Source: Phoronis australis
Lineage: Eukaryota; Animalia; Phoronida
DNA length: 64,000 nucleotides
Direction of reading: 5' to 3'
NCBI GenBank assembly: GCA_002633005.1
Contig: NMRA01000325.1
Coordinates: 227,290-291,289, forward strand
Under the pieces are notes generated by a model. It saw only the letters and a list, made by a program, of their open reading frames with translations, ran no database searches and was not told the DNA's origin. This document shows, in pieces, positions 11,601 to 23,600 of this stretch (its first letter is position 1; every line of letters starts with the position of its first letter). The position numbers were made by a program, and so were the translations under genes.

Positions 11601-14600
11601 CACATGCGCCGTCACTCCTATTTTCCAGCGGAGATTTCCGTCCATGTTGAGCACTGGTGATAGTGAGTTGTGAATTTGTTGAGGATATGGTCTTGTTGTT
11701 GTAGACTCGTGAATTGCAGTAGTGTGCGATGCAATGAAACGTGGACATGTACTCTAGGATGTATTTCTTCATGTCCTTTCGAATGGAACTTCACTGTCTT
11801 CTCATAATTTTAAATGGTTTCTCAGCTGCATTAAAGTACTGGGTAGTACACTTCTCTTTTGAGAGCTTCAAGATAAATTGAGTCTTGTACTCATACTGTG
11901 GATTATCTGTCTAGCATGCAGCTCTAAACAGATTATCTTAGGGCTGTTCCAGCAAAATCTGTATGGGAGGGGGGGGAAGGCACTTTCATTTTGTACCCAC
12001 CGCCTATATTTTTCATTTATTTCTCCAACCCATGACCCATAATTTTTTAATTATTTTTAATAGGTTAAAATATAAAATCCAACACTTGCAAACAAATTGC
12101 CTGCAGGAGGACCTGTTAAGAACTTAGATGATTGACAGACAAGAACTAGTTGTGTTGTCCAATATTGTCAAAAACTTATTAAAGTAGCCTGTGAGCAATA
12201 CTTTTGGAAGCCACCAGGTGTCTCTGTTCACCATGTGTCTATAATTTCAATGAACATTTTTTCAATTATAAGGATCTATGAATCTCAAACTGACTCCACG
12301 AAATCTTTTATACTTCTATGTCAAGTAAATATTGGAACTTGTTTATCTTACTCTTCATACTTTTTATTTAAAAATCATCAATTTTCTTATATGTGTTAAC
12401 ACCAGTTTAGTGTTGCAAAACTTCAATTCAATAGGACTGCAGACAAACAAGTGGCTCAAATCAAGTTGCCCATGACTTGATTAATGGCTTAGCTAACATA
12501 TTTCACTCTGTTCACTGGCAACATGGGCTGAAGTAACCAACCTGTCAACATTAACAGGTCAAAAAATACCACCCATTTTTAATGCATCACTTCCTGAAGG
12601 AACGACCACCCATAATTTGAGTTTTTTTCTGAAGACCACCACCCATGAATTTTTATTTCTACTGCCGTCCCCCCCCTCCCACACGGATTTTACTGGAACA
12701 GCCCTTACTAAAAAGATTTACAGATCTTGATTTTTGCAGTCTAGTGACAATATACACACATCCTGAATGGAACAAACCTAATTTTTGTTTCGTTTCCCCA
12801 TGTGCCGTCCTTTGAACAAGAAAAAGACATGCAAACAGTGTGCTAAATAAAATGCAAGGAAATGACCTTTTTTATGTAACAATTTTTCCTCAGCGGGTGG
12901 GGGGAATCCCCCCTCCCCAAACCTCCCCCATCAGCGCTGCGCGCCTCAGATTTGCGCTTTGCACGACTTGTCAGTCTCACGAATTTGGACCCCCAATTTT
13001 CAAATCCTAGATGAGTCTCTGGTAAACAGTTTTGTAATTATTAGCCTTACAGCCACCAATTTTGTCTTTCTGCTGGAATTTGTGTCAGGGCTGTTCCAGC
13101 AATATCTGTATAGGAGGGGGGAGGCACTTTTATTTCGTACCCACTGCCCATATTTTTCATTTATTTCTCCAACCCATGACCCATAATTTCTTTAATTATT
13201 TTTAATAGGTTAAAATATAAAATCCAACACTTGCAAACAAATTGCCTCCAGGAGGACCTGTTAAGAACTTAGATGATTGACAGACAAGAACTAGTTGTCT
13301 TGTTCAATATTGTCAAAAACTAAAGTAGCCTGTGAGCAATACTTTTGGCAGCCACCAGGTGCCTCTGTTCACCATGTGTCTATAACTTCAGTTAACATTT
13401 TTTCAATTATAAGGATCTATGAATCTCAAACTGTCTCCACGAACTCTTTTACACTTCTATGTCAAGTGAATATTGGAACTTGTTTATCTTACTCCTCATA
13501 CTTTTTATTTAAAAATCATCAATTTTCTTGTATGTGTTAACACCAGTTAAGTGTTGCATAACTTTTCAATTCAATAGGACTGCAGACAAAAAGTTGGGTC
13601 AAGTCAAGTTGCCCATGACTTGATTAATGGCTTAATGAACATATTGCACTCTGTTCACTGGCAATATGGGCCTTTTTGTATTGATGGCTAAAGTAACCAA
13701 CCTGTCAACATTAACAGGTCAAAAAATACCACCCATTTTTGATGCATCACTTCTTACAGGAACGACTATCCACAATTTGAGTTTTTTTCTGAAGACCACC
13801 ACCCATGAATTTTTATTTCTACTGCCGCCCCCCCCCTCCCACACGGATTTTACTGGAACAACCCTCACAGTATAGGAGGAATATGTGGTTACTCAATTTT
13901 TTTGGGCACTATTCGGATGATGTGGTCCCACTTTAAACCACTATAACTTCTTTAATATTTAACCTAGAATCATGATGTTAGTATCCACATGTTCACAAGG
14001 CGTATAAAAAATTGTCTTTATTGATAGTTTTGCCATACCTATACTCAATTTTTAATTAATTGACTTTGAAGTAGTTAGAGTTTATGCTGACTTCATCACT
14101 AGTCGGTTACCCGTACAGTGACGTCATCAAGTTGCCTGACACCTACCGGCGATTGTGTGTATCCATTTATAGGGTGAGGAAACGATGCTTCACAATGTCA
14201 AGAGGCACAGAAGCAAAATCCGCATTTGGCAATTACATCGCCCTGGATGCTGCAGGCATACAGGAGCGATAGTATATCCCACAAAAAGTTACGAATTTCA
14301 AAATACAGGAAAAAAATCCAAGAAAACATGCATATATGCTATCGGAGTTATAATTAACACATACCATAAGTCTGGAGACGATTCAGTCAAGATAATTTGA
14401 ACAAATCGATGAAAATCTGTTGCGATTTGCTCGAGTTTCTCTTAAGGTAGGTGTATACACTGGTCAAATCTCCAGGTTCCTAACTAAAATGAGTAAAAAG
14501 GGAGTTTTAACTAGTTAGACATGACTGAAAGTGACAAAAATCGGAAAAAAGTTATATTGTAGTTCGTTTTTTTAGAAAATCGTATTTTTATGTTTCAAAA

Positions 14601-17600
14601 AATCCAATATTACCTGGATTTTTTTCTTCAAAATGCACAGGGATTATCATCAACTGTTTCCTTACGCAATATTCTACTTATACATACCACAAGGCTTGAA
14701 ATTTTCCGCGGAAACACGGATTTCCGCTTTTTCAAATGTTCTGTCCGCGCATTTTATTATATTTCCGCGTAAAAAAATCGGATTTGATATAAAATTTCCG
14801 TGGCAAATTCCTTTCCTACTGCGGCATTGCAGACGATGTTCACGTCGAAAAGCGGAAGTTGCTCTTTATGTTTCTGAGGAATGTAAATTGTCAACATTGC
14901 CGGGGCATCTGGGATAGCGTGGTGGGATTTTCAATGGCGTCTCGTGTGATTGTAAACTGCGATGACAAATACTACGGATTTGCAGCCAAAAATGTTTGGG
15001 TTGGGAGTGGACGGACGAGCTAAAAGGACGCAGACGCATGCTACTGGTGGTGGTAACGTTTATTTTTTTTTAGTTTCCTTGTTTTTTGTCATTGGTCATT
15101 CCAAGCCCTGATACCAAATATATGTACAAAATCATGATCTTGCTTTTGTGGCTTTTTTTGCGTGTGAGTTGGGGCAAGCACGCCACTTTCTGTCATTTGG
15201 TCACTTTCCGTCTAATAACTACAAATCTGGTCCATATATCAAAAAACCCTGTCACGCGATTTTGATTCAGTCCTAGAGGATTTCAAATTTGCAAATTTCG
15301 TCAAAATTGACCCACGTGTTGTGGAAAAATAGGCCCGAGAATCTTGTCACTAACGTGAAATCACGAGCCGAGAAAAACGACTTTGAAATTAAGCGGGCTT
15401 CGATTGCTACTTGAGGTCAAAATTTGGGCGGAATGCGCGGTCATTCTGTTCCAATTTTTGTTGATGTACTAGAAATAAAGCTGATATTTACTTCATGTTT
15501 AGAAAATGTGACATACCTGTTTTTTTATAGCGTAATTTTAATAATTTTTGCGAACTTGTGGAGCATAAAAGACGACCAAAACAAATATGGCTGTCACGTT
15601 GGCGGAGCTTAGTGTTGATCTATTGTCTGCTGTACTGATGTGCCGACCACACATTAAAAGCATGTGTTGATTGTTTATGCGACTCATCTGAACTCTCCAC
15701 TCAGAGTGGTAAAAGACTCTCTAACTGTATTGCATAGACCTATTTGTTAGTATTCCAATATTTTATGTAGTTACCATCTCTTCATCAACCAATATATGTG
15801 TTATATCAAATCGCCGCGTTACTGTCTACATAACAATATTGGCGACGAGGATAAATAACTACTTTCATCGTAATGGTTCACACTTTCACGTGCCTGTACC
15901 GCAAACATTTTGACGGAATGGACTTTGGAAATGGTACTTTCAGCACAAATAGCGTCGCTTGGGTGAGATTCTCAAGTTACCAAAGTTTCTTATATTGCTT
16001 TCCACTAAAATCGTATAATATGAGTTTTAATTCAGGGATACGTTTTCAGGGCTCAACACTAACTTTTTGAGCCACTTGCCCTTCGGGCAAGTAGTTGAAA
16101 TTTTTACTTGCCCGAACAACAAACTCACTTGCCCCAAGTACAATCTCAAACAGCACCATGCATGTGCACACCTAGGTAATGAGTTACCATAGGGCTGTCT
16201 GTGCTGAGCCTCAGTCTAGTGGTGTGTAGGCGATATACTTGAGTTGCTATTTTTTAACGATTCTTCTTCTAACCATGCAGTTTTTGTCTCTTGTTTTTCA
16301 ACTTTGTCTCAGTCCCTATTGCCTGTCAGTTGTAAGTTGTATTGTGTACTATAATCCAGATATTTCATGCACTGTGCTAAAATAGCCCCAAGGCCATGGA
16401 AATGCTGCATATTTTACTGCTATATAATACCCAGCATCTGCTGGAGAGGCAGCACTAACAGAGGCTGAGAAAATAAACTGCAATAAGACGGTGAAATTTC
16501 CCATTATTTTATTTCTTCACTTAGTGTGAAAACANNNNNNNNNNNNNNNNNNNNNNNNNNNNNNNNNNNNNNNNNNNNNNNNNNNNNNNNNNNNNNNNNN
16601 NNNNNNNNNNNNNNNNNNNNNNNNNNNNNNNNNNNNNNNNNNNNNNNNNNNNNNNNNNNNNNNNNNNNNNNNNNNNNNNNNNNNNNNNNNNNNNNNNNNN
16701 NNNNNNNNNNNNNNNNNNNNNNNNNNNNNNNNNNNNNNNNNNNNNNNNNNNNNNNNNNNNNNNNNNNNNNNNNNNNNNNNNNNNNNNNNNNNNNNNNNNN
16801 NNNNNNNNNNNNNNNNNNNNNNNNNNNNNNNNNNNNNNNNNNNNNNNNNNNNNNNNNNNNNNNNNNNNNNNNNNNNNNNNNNNNNNNNNNNNNNNNNNNN
16901 NNNNNNNNNNNNNNNNNNNNNNTAGTCTACCTGCAATACACAATCTCTATCTCGGATATGCTACAGTCAGTTGCACCATCAAATAGAATAGCAATGTAGT
17001 CAGCATTTGCCACCGATTCCTTGATAGGATCTCTAATTGCATCAGCTATGTAAGTGGAAAACCTAAAATATAAAGACAGAACAAATCACATCACTATTGT
17101 TCACAAAACGTTAGTTTAAGTACACATATTATTACCAAGTGAGTACTGCATGTACACATTTTTAAATAACACCAAATTTCATGTACAGTCCAACTCTTTT
17201 TAATACACTAAGAAAGATTAATTAGTCGCTAAATGGTCTTACCGAACACTTGCACTGTTTGGTGTGAACGAATTTGGCCAATATCTGAACAGTAACCTAT
17301 TCTTTATGAGGTACAGTAATCAAACTTGTTAATTATTTAAGTTGTACAAAACACATTTAGATAGCTTACCGTGCACAAGCCATATCTGACTGGTACGATG
17401 CAACCTTGTTAATATCAGACCCATTTTTGACTTGTAGATTAAGAAGTTTCGGGTATGATGTGAACGGCATTTCATTGCTCAGTACGAAATATGCAGTGTT
17501 GAACAGCTTCTTTAGTACTTCTTTATTTCTTTCACTGATTTTATCAGCAATGGCATCCAAAGGACCCAGACAATCATTACCAGTTGCTCTGTTGTCAGCA

Positions 17601-20600
17601 ACCTTGGCAGCACGTTCGCAATCCTTATGCTTTACCGACTCAAAATGACTTTGAATATTTGACAGTCTACAATAGAAACATTTATATATAAGGTGTGTCA
17701 AAACACTAGAAAGACGAATTAGCAGAGTAACTATGCTATCTGAACCATTGTCTCACGTTCACAAGCGCCGAAATAAGCTAGGACACGAACCTTAGACACA
17801 TCTGTGTATTTATTAATTTTTACGCCATCATGCATTAAACTAGTCTGGATTTGTTTTGTTGTCTAACCCTAATTTAAATTTGCAATCCGTAAAAATCTTG
17901 CACAGTTTTGGTCATCGGTAGCTTATATTAGTTTAAAATCAAATTTTAACATATAATAATGCCACATATACTTTTATTTTCAATAAATAATTACATGTTT
18001 GAAAATAAATAGACCGCGAAAAAGTCACCCTTCACCGCGACAATCCTGAAGACCTTATTCCTCTTGGAGTCGCCACCGGGAGCCGGGAATTCATAAGTTT
18101 CCTTTGGAATTACCCCAGAATAAATACCCAGCCTTTAAAGCTGCTGTGTAGTGTTGGAAATATGTGGTCAATCATTCCCTTTTTAGCTTTTGCGCTTACC
18201 TGTACGACTTGCATCCGTCGACGAACGTGGTATTTCCAGCTGTAGTGGGAAAGCGCCGACAAAAATCACAAGTCATACCTCGTTCGCTATCACGAAGGCC
18301 AGGAAACCTATTTTGCCACGATGGAATCCACCCCCGAACTCTTTTTGTTTCATATAGTTGCTTTGATGAGTCATCCTGGGATCGCTTTTTAGAAACTAAA
18401 CCAAGGAAGCCGTCCAGGCTGCCTTGTTTGGACATTTTGCCAGAGTGCAGACGATCGTAGTATCACGTGACAACTTATTCAGAAACTGCATAGCTAGTTC
18501 AGAGAATCGAAAGGATTTGACCGCGGGCGTCATCTGTGCACGCAGAATCACACTAGTTCTATTTTCCTTACGGTGCTCATTCGAAGACAGGAGATTCTTT
18601 GACGGCCACCGGGGTTTTTCGACGGTATTTAGGTTTGTGTCGGGGTTCTTTATTTTGGAGCGACTGTCGAACAGACAATCTTAGGATCTACTTGCCTTGC
18701 GGCCAGCTTTTTTAACTTGCCCTTCGGGCAGGTAATTCTCAAATTCCACTTGCCCGACGCAAAATCTACATGTACACGGGCAATCGGGCAACCGTTAGTG
18801 TTGAGCCCTGGTTTTAATCTATGCACAAGAACAATCAAGGCTTGGAATTTTCTACGGAAACGCAGATTTCCACTTTTTTCAAATGTTCTGTCCGCGCATT
18901 TTATTATGTTTCTGTGTAACAAAATCGGATTTGATATAAAATTTCCGCGTCAAATTCCTTTCTTACCGCGGCGTTGCCAACGACGTTCACCTCGAAAAGC
19001 GGAAGTTGCTCTTTATGTTTCGGAGGAACGTAAATTGTCAACATTGCCGGGGCATCTGGGATAGCGTGATGGGATTTTCAATGGCGTCTCGTGTGATTGT
19101 AAACCGCGGTGACGAATACTGCAGCCAAAAATGTGTGACGGTGGGAGTGGACGGACGAGCTAAAAAGACGCAGATGCATGGTACTGATGGTGGTAACGTT
19201 TTTTTTTTTTATTTAGTCTTTAGTCCTCTCGATTTTTGTCGGCGTAAGGTCCATATCGACTACTTCAAGGCTGGGTAGCGCGCATGTTTTGGGTCGTAAA
19301 AGTTTCCACGTTTTTTGTCATTGGTCATTCCAAGCCCTGAACAATTTTATTATGTTGAACACTAGGTCATTTATCTAATTCTTTGGGTTACGGCCAGCGG
19401 CAAGTTAAAAAATCCCCTGAGTTTGGCAGCCTAGTTTCTCCATGGCACGTTCCTAGCACAGATCAGCACAGTTTATCTCCAAAAACTCTACCCTGACGGC
19501 ATGTAGTTGTCTCGCGCGCGGCGTGTCTTCACAGCGCGTGCATGCACTCTCATCAAATCGTGCAACACCACCCACGTCGACGCTCAGCGTTGTCTCGCAA
19601 GCCACCTCGCCTTTCCGACTTCTTTTGCACACGCACAGTTTCTGCACTGACTCCTCAAGCTGAGTGCAGTGATGGGTTCGGTAGAACTTGGCGTACTCAA
19701 CTTAATTTTTTTGCAAATGGACAAACGGGCTCAGGTTCGGAACAGGAGCTAGTTCACCATTTCACCACCAACTTTCACATGGTCAAAAATAGAATTATTT
19801 TATTTTTGGCCTTGCTACAACATCAATATCAGCTGGCAGGTACAGCACTCTCGATTGCCCGGTTACGCAATGTCTGTTGACAGTGTTAGATTACAGCTAG
19901 TGTCCTGGTATAAGCTCCGCCCCACTTGTCAGTCACTGAGCTGGTGAGCACTCAAGCCATATGACTTACTGAAGCGTGGTCAAATATAATTAAAAAAAAC
20001 AACTTTGGATTTTCAGAATGGTTTTATTTTTCTTCAGTATACTGTGCATGAGGAATTGAAGATTAGGATGATATAAAAATGTAAAAAACTGTCAAAATTA
20101 ATTCTTTTTTGTGTATCCACCTATCTTAACAGGTGCCATTTTGAGGAAGTTACTTGAAATCACGTGTGTTGACGAATAAAAAGTCTAAGGAACACAAATC
20201 TTACAAATTTCACCTCATGCCTTCCCATGCTATTTTGCAAGTGTCACGCGCCAGCGCAGGGCTCGACATTAACTTTTATCTTAACTTGTCCAGTCGGACA
20301 AGTAGAAATGAAATTTACTTGTCCTGTCCTATAAGACGCTTTTCCAAAGGTAATTAAACTCAAATTATACTTTCCAAACATGTATGAATGTCACACATTA
20401 TACCTGTCAGCACAAGCTCAATAAACATGCAGTATTTGGATTTCACCAGTGAACACGCTATAAGTTTAGCCTGGCTTTTCAATTCAGTTATATGTTTTTC
20501 ATAAGCTGCTGAGTGAGCCGTCGACCGTTTGTGACTTTTCAAAGAGTCGATCCTGAACACATCTGACCAAGACGCAAGAGATAAACTTTTCGTCGGCGCA

Positions 20601-23600
20601 TTTTATTTCTGGTCGCTATCATACCATAACCAGTCAAACAGTCAAAATCTTCTATTTCGGAAGGAATTCCCATTTTCGTTTATTGGTTTCATACTGTTGC
20701 TTGGTGGTTTCACGCCCTTTGGTTAGGTTACCAGTTGCAAAATAAGAGCTCCTTGACTTGAAACCATACGCAAACTAAGTACCTATTTCGATATTGCAAC
20801 TAAAGCCACCGGCGCAGACAACATTTCCACACATGTCGTAAGACAGTCGAATGTCGTAAAGTTTTATTAACACGTGCTAGCGAGTTATCGCTACTACACG
20901 TGAGTCCTATACGTAAGTCAAAAATTGTAACGATCAAGTGTAATAATGTGTTGACGAGCAAATGGTTGAAGTTTGACTTTGCGTACCCGTCCGCGTTCCC
21001 GCCCAGGGCGCTTAAATTGGGAATCTGAAAAACAGTGCGTGTGCGGTAAGCCCAGCATGGGCTGTAAAAGTCCAAAATTTTTGCTTACTGCACAGAGGAC
21101 CGATTTTACCCTGACGGAGTTACACTGACGTCAAACTTCAAGCAATTGAAGAAGTTATGGTGGTTTAAAGTGGAACCGCTTCATGCGATTAGTGCTGTTT
21201 TTGTTTGTTGGATAAGATTGCCAATAGCTGAAAAAAGATTGGTTAAAATTTATGTTGTTTTGTTAACAATTTACGTGGGCATGCATCAGAACCATCAACA
21301 ATCTACATGGGCATGCATCAGAACCATCTACAAATTTCTCCATGGTTGGTGAAACCCAGTGTGCAAGGTGCAACTTAATAACTAGTAAAGTAGACTTATG
21401 AAAGTTTAAATCTGGCACGTTTTCTGTCTAGTTTATCGAAGACTTGTTGTTTTGCTTGTAGGAAATGAGACGGAGGAGAACAGAAGTAACAGTGGAACTT
21501 AGAAAGGTGAGGCCCTATAAGACAATTGAAACATACTTATGATGTCTAAAAACACGATAACACTGGAATTTAACATGCCTGCATTTTGAGAACTGCTAAA
21601 TAACGAGCATCAAAGTTATTCTCCTAATGTGGGCATGTTATATCTGACCATTGCCAAAAGTAATATTATTAAAAGCAGGGCTTGACACTTAGCAAAATTT
21701 CCATGTGGCCAAAATCAAACTGAGTTCGGCAAAACAAGTCTGTTGTGGGCGTTGCTTAAGTCTTGATCTCTACGAACCAAATGGTGCATAGTTGGCAGCG
21801 GCCAAAAATGAACCACCGAATTCAGAAAATTCCGCACCATGGTAGCTAAAAGCATTCTATGTATGCACTATGTTATTTTTGGAGTAGGATTTGCAGCTGT
21901 TGCAAATTGCAGCCACCAAAAGTTGTTACAAAATTTTATTTATCAGTTGCACTCATTGATGTCATGAAGTGTTTAGTTTAATATTTAATGAATTTCAGAC
22001 TCCTTTATTAAGTAGTCATTATTTTATTCTCATTACACTATAATCAAGTCTTCTAATATGCATGAAAAGTTTGGCACATGATATTTTCCTGTGTCACAAG
22101 AAACCAGTGCCTTCGATAGCTGATCAGTCGCAATACTTTCCTCTAAATGCCATCGATTGGGTCTGTGTTCTTCATCTTTAGCTGATCACTGCCTGAATAT
22201 TATTATAACTAAGTTATTTCATCGACATTCCATGAATGTTGATCCAAAATGCTCCCATTCATACTGACCAATTTATCTAAGATTTTGGCTTGTGATGGAC
22301 AATCGGCTGAGTCAGTCGTCGGCAAATGGGGAGAGAAGTCTCAATTTTTTTCAGCTTGTCATAAACTGTCAATAGTTTCCAAGTAGGACTTTAAAGAATA
22401 AGAAATGACATTTTGATAATTGCTTTTGTGAAAACTACAGAATTACTGTACATGATATTGTGTCGGGTTGTAGAATAAACGAGAGGAACATTTGCTCAAG
22501 AGGCGGAATGTACCAGTGACGCAGGACAGCACTGACTCGGAGGAGATGGACAAACCCGTCAGCCAGTCACTGGAATCGATTGTCAAGAATGCGGCCAGTG
22601 ACCAGCCAGCTGTGCAGCTGATAGCTGTGCAAGCAGCAAGGAAACTGCTGTCCAGCGACAGAAACCCGCCCATAGACAATCTGATCGAGTCTGGCATCCT
22701 GCCTATACTGGTGCAGTGCCTACAGTGTGAGGACAAGTGAGTGGGTGGGACACAACTTAACAGCTTACATGGCAATGGAGTATTCTCATGACTCGTTGCA
22801 AAGTCAAATGTAAAACCGGAACCACCGCCAGTGAGATGAAGTGCAAGGGGTTAATAATCCAAATGCAGTTGTCATAGTTGGTGACCAGGTCTTAGAGTAG
22901 GGCATACAAACCGCACAATCTCAATTTACAACCTGGGAGTTTTTGCTCCAGTGACTCAATTTTAATTTTTTGGTGTAGTCTATCAAGCTATAAGCTGGCA
23001 AGCTAAGCATTCTCTAAGCAAATTGCTTCGATGAAAAATTTTTGAGTCGCGCCAAAAGATTCCTTCTCAACTTCTATTTGAATTGTAAGTGCATCTAAGT
23101 ACCAAGTGGAGATGGAAACATGCCATAATAGGGAATAATTGCTACTTATTTCACACACTCCCCTAATTTCGCACTCCCAAAGAAAAGTTTGCCAATTCAT
23201 GGATTCCAGTAATACACACCTCTTCAATTGTGTTAATAAGGTCTGAGCATCGTATTGTCATCGCTTAATTTATCAAATTGAATGTGGGATACCTTGTGCT
23301 TTTGTAAATATGAGATGAAAGGGGTGACCTGTATGAATGTGGAGTCATATGCACAAAAGAGTGTTTCACTTGGGGTAGGGTCAAGTACTCTTATTGTTGG
23401 AACAGGACACAGCAATGTAATTATTGTAATAGGATTGTTTTGGCAACGGTAGGCTACATTTCGTTAAATTCTCACATGGCAAGTGGCAATGCAAAGTGAC
23501 TCGGTTAATTTTGCACACCCATCAACTGTGAAGTTTGTATATTCAGTTTATTTGGCACACCCAGACTATGTTTTTTATGCGAAATAAGTAGAGTATTTGC

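Larger units (their letters stand above)
16047..18810 (-). mobile_element. hAT transposon with 5-bp TSD (hAT5-like) carrying a spliced ZNF862-like transposase; contains an assembly gap
   Basis: Perfect 17-bp TIR CAGGGCTCAACACTAAC, TSD GTTTT, subterminal ACTTGCCC repeats at both ends. Confidence 0.9.
14446..20125. mobile_element. Kolobok-like non-autonomous element hosting three younger insertions
   Basis: TTAA-GGTAGGTGTATACAC ... GTGTATCCACCTATC-TTAA (15-bp TIR with 2 mismatches, TTAA TSD, purine termini). Confidence 0.7.

Noticed and set aside
11000-11780. Conserved non-coding element shared with about 48780-49320
   Set aside because: Similarity within one genome is better explained by an old dispersed repeat, and I could not define its ends. 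The same applies to 220-330 versus 6065-6170.
9792-13021. Single element bounded by CAGGGACTCATCTAG / CTAGATGAGTCTCTG
   Set aside because: The inverted ends match but the flanks (AGACAAAG versus GTAAACAG) give no TSD, so they may be ends of two different copies
16517-16999. ORFs spanning the N run
   Set aside because: Artefacts of translating a gap
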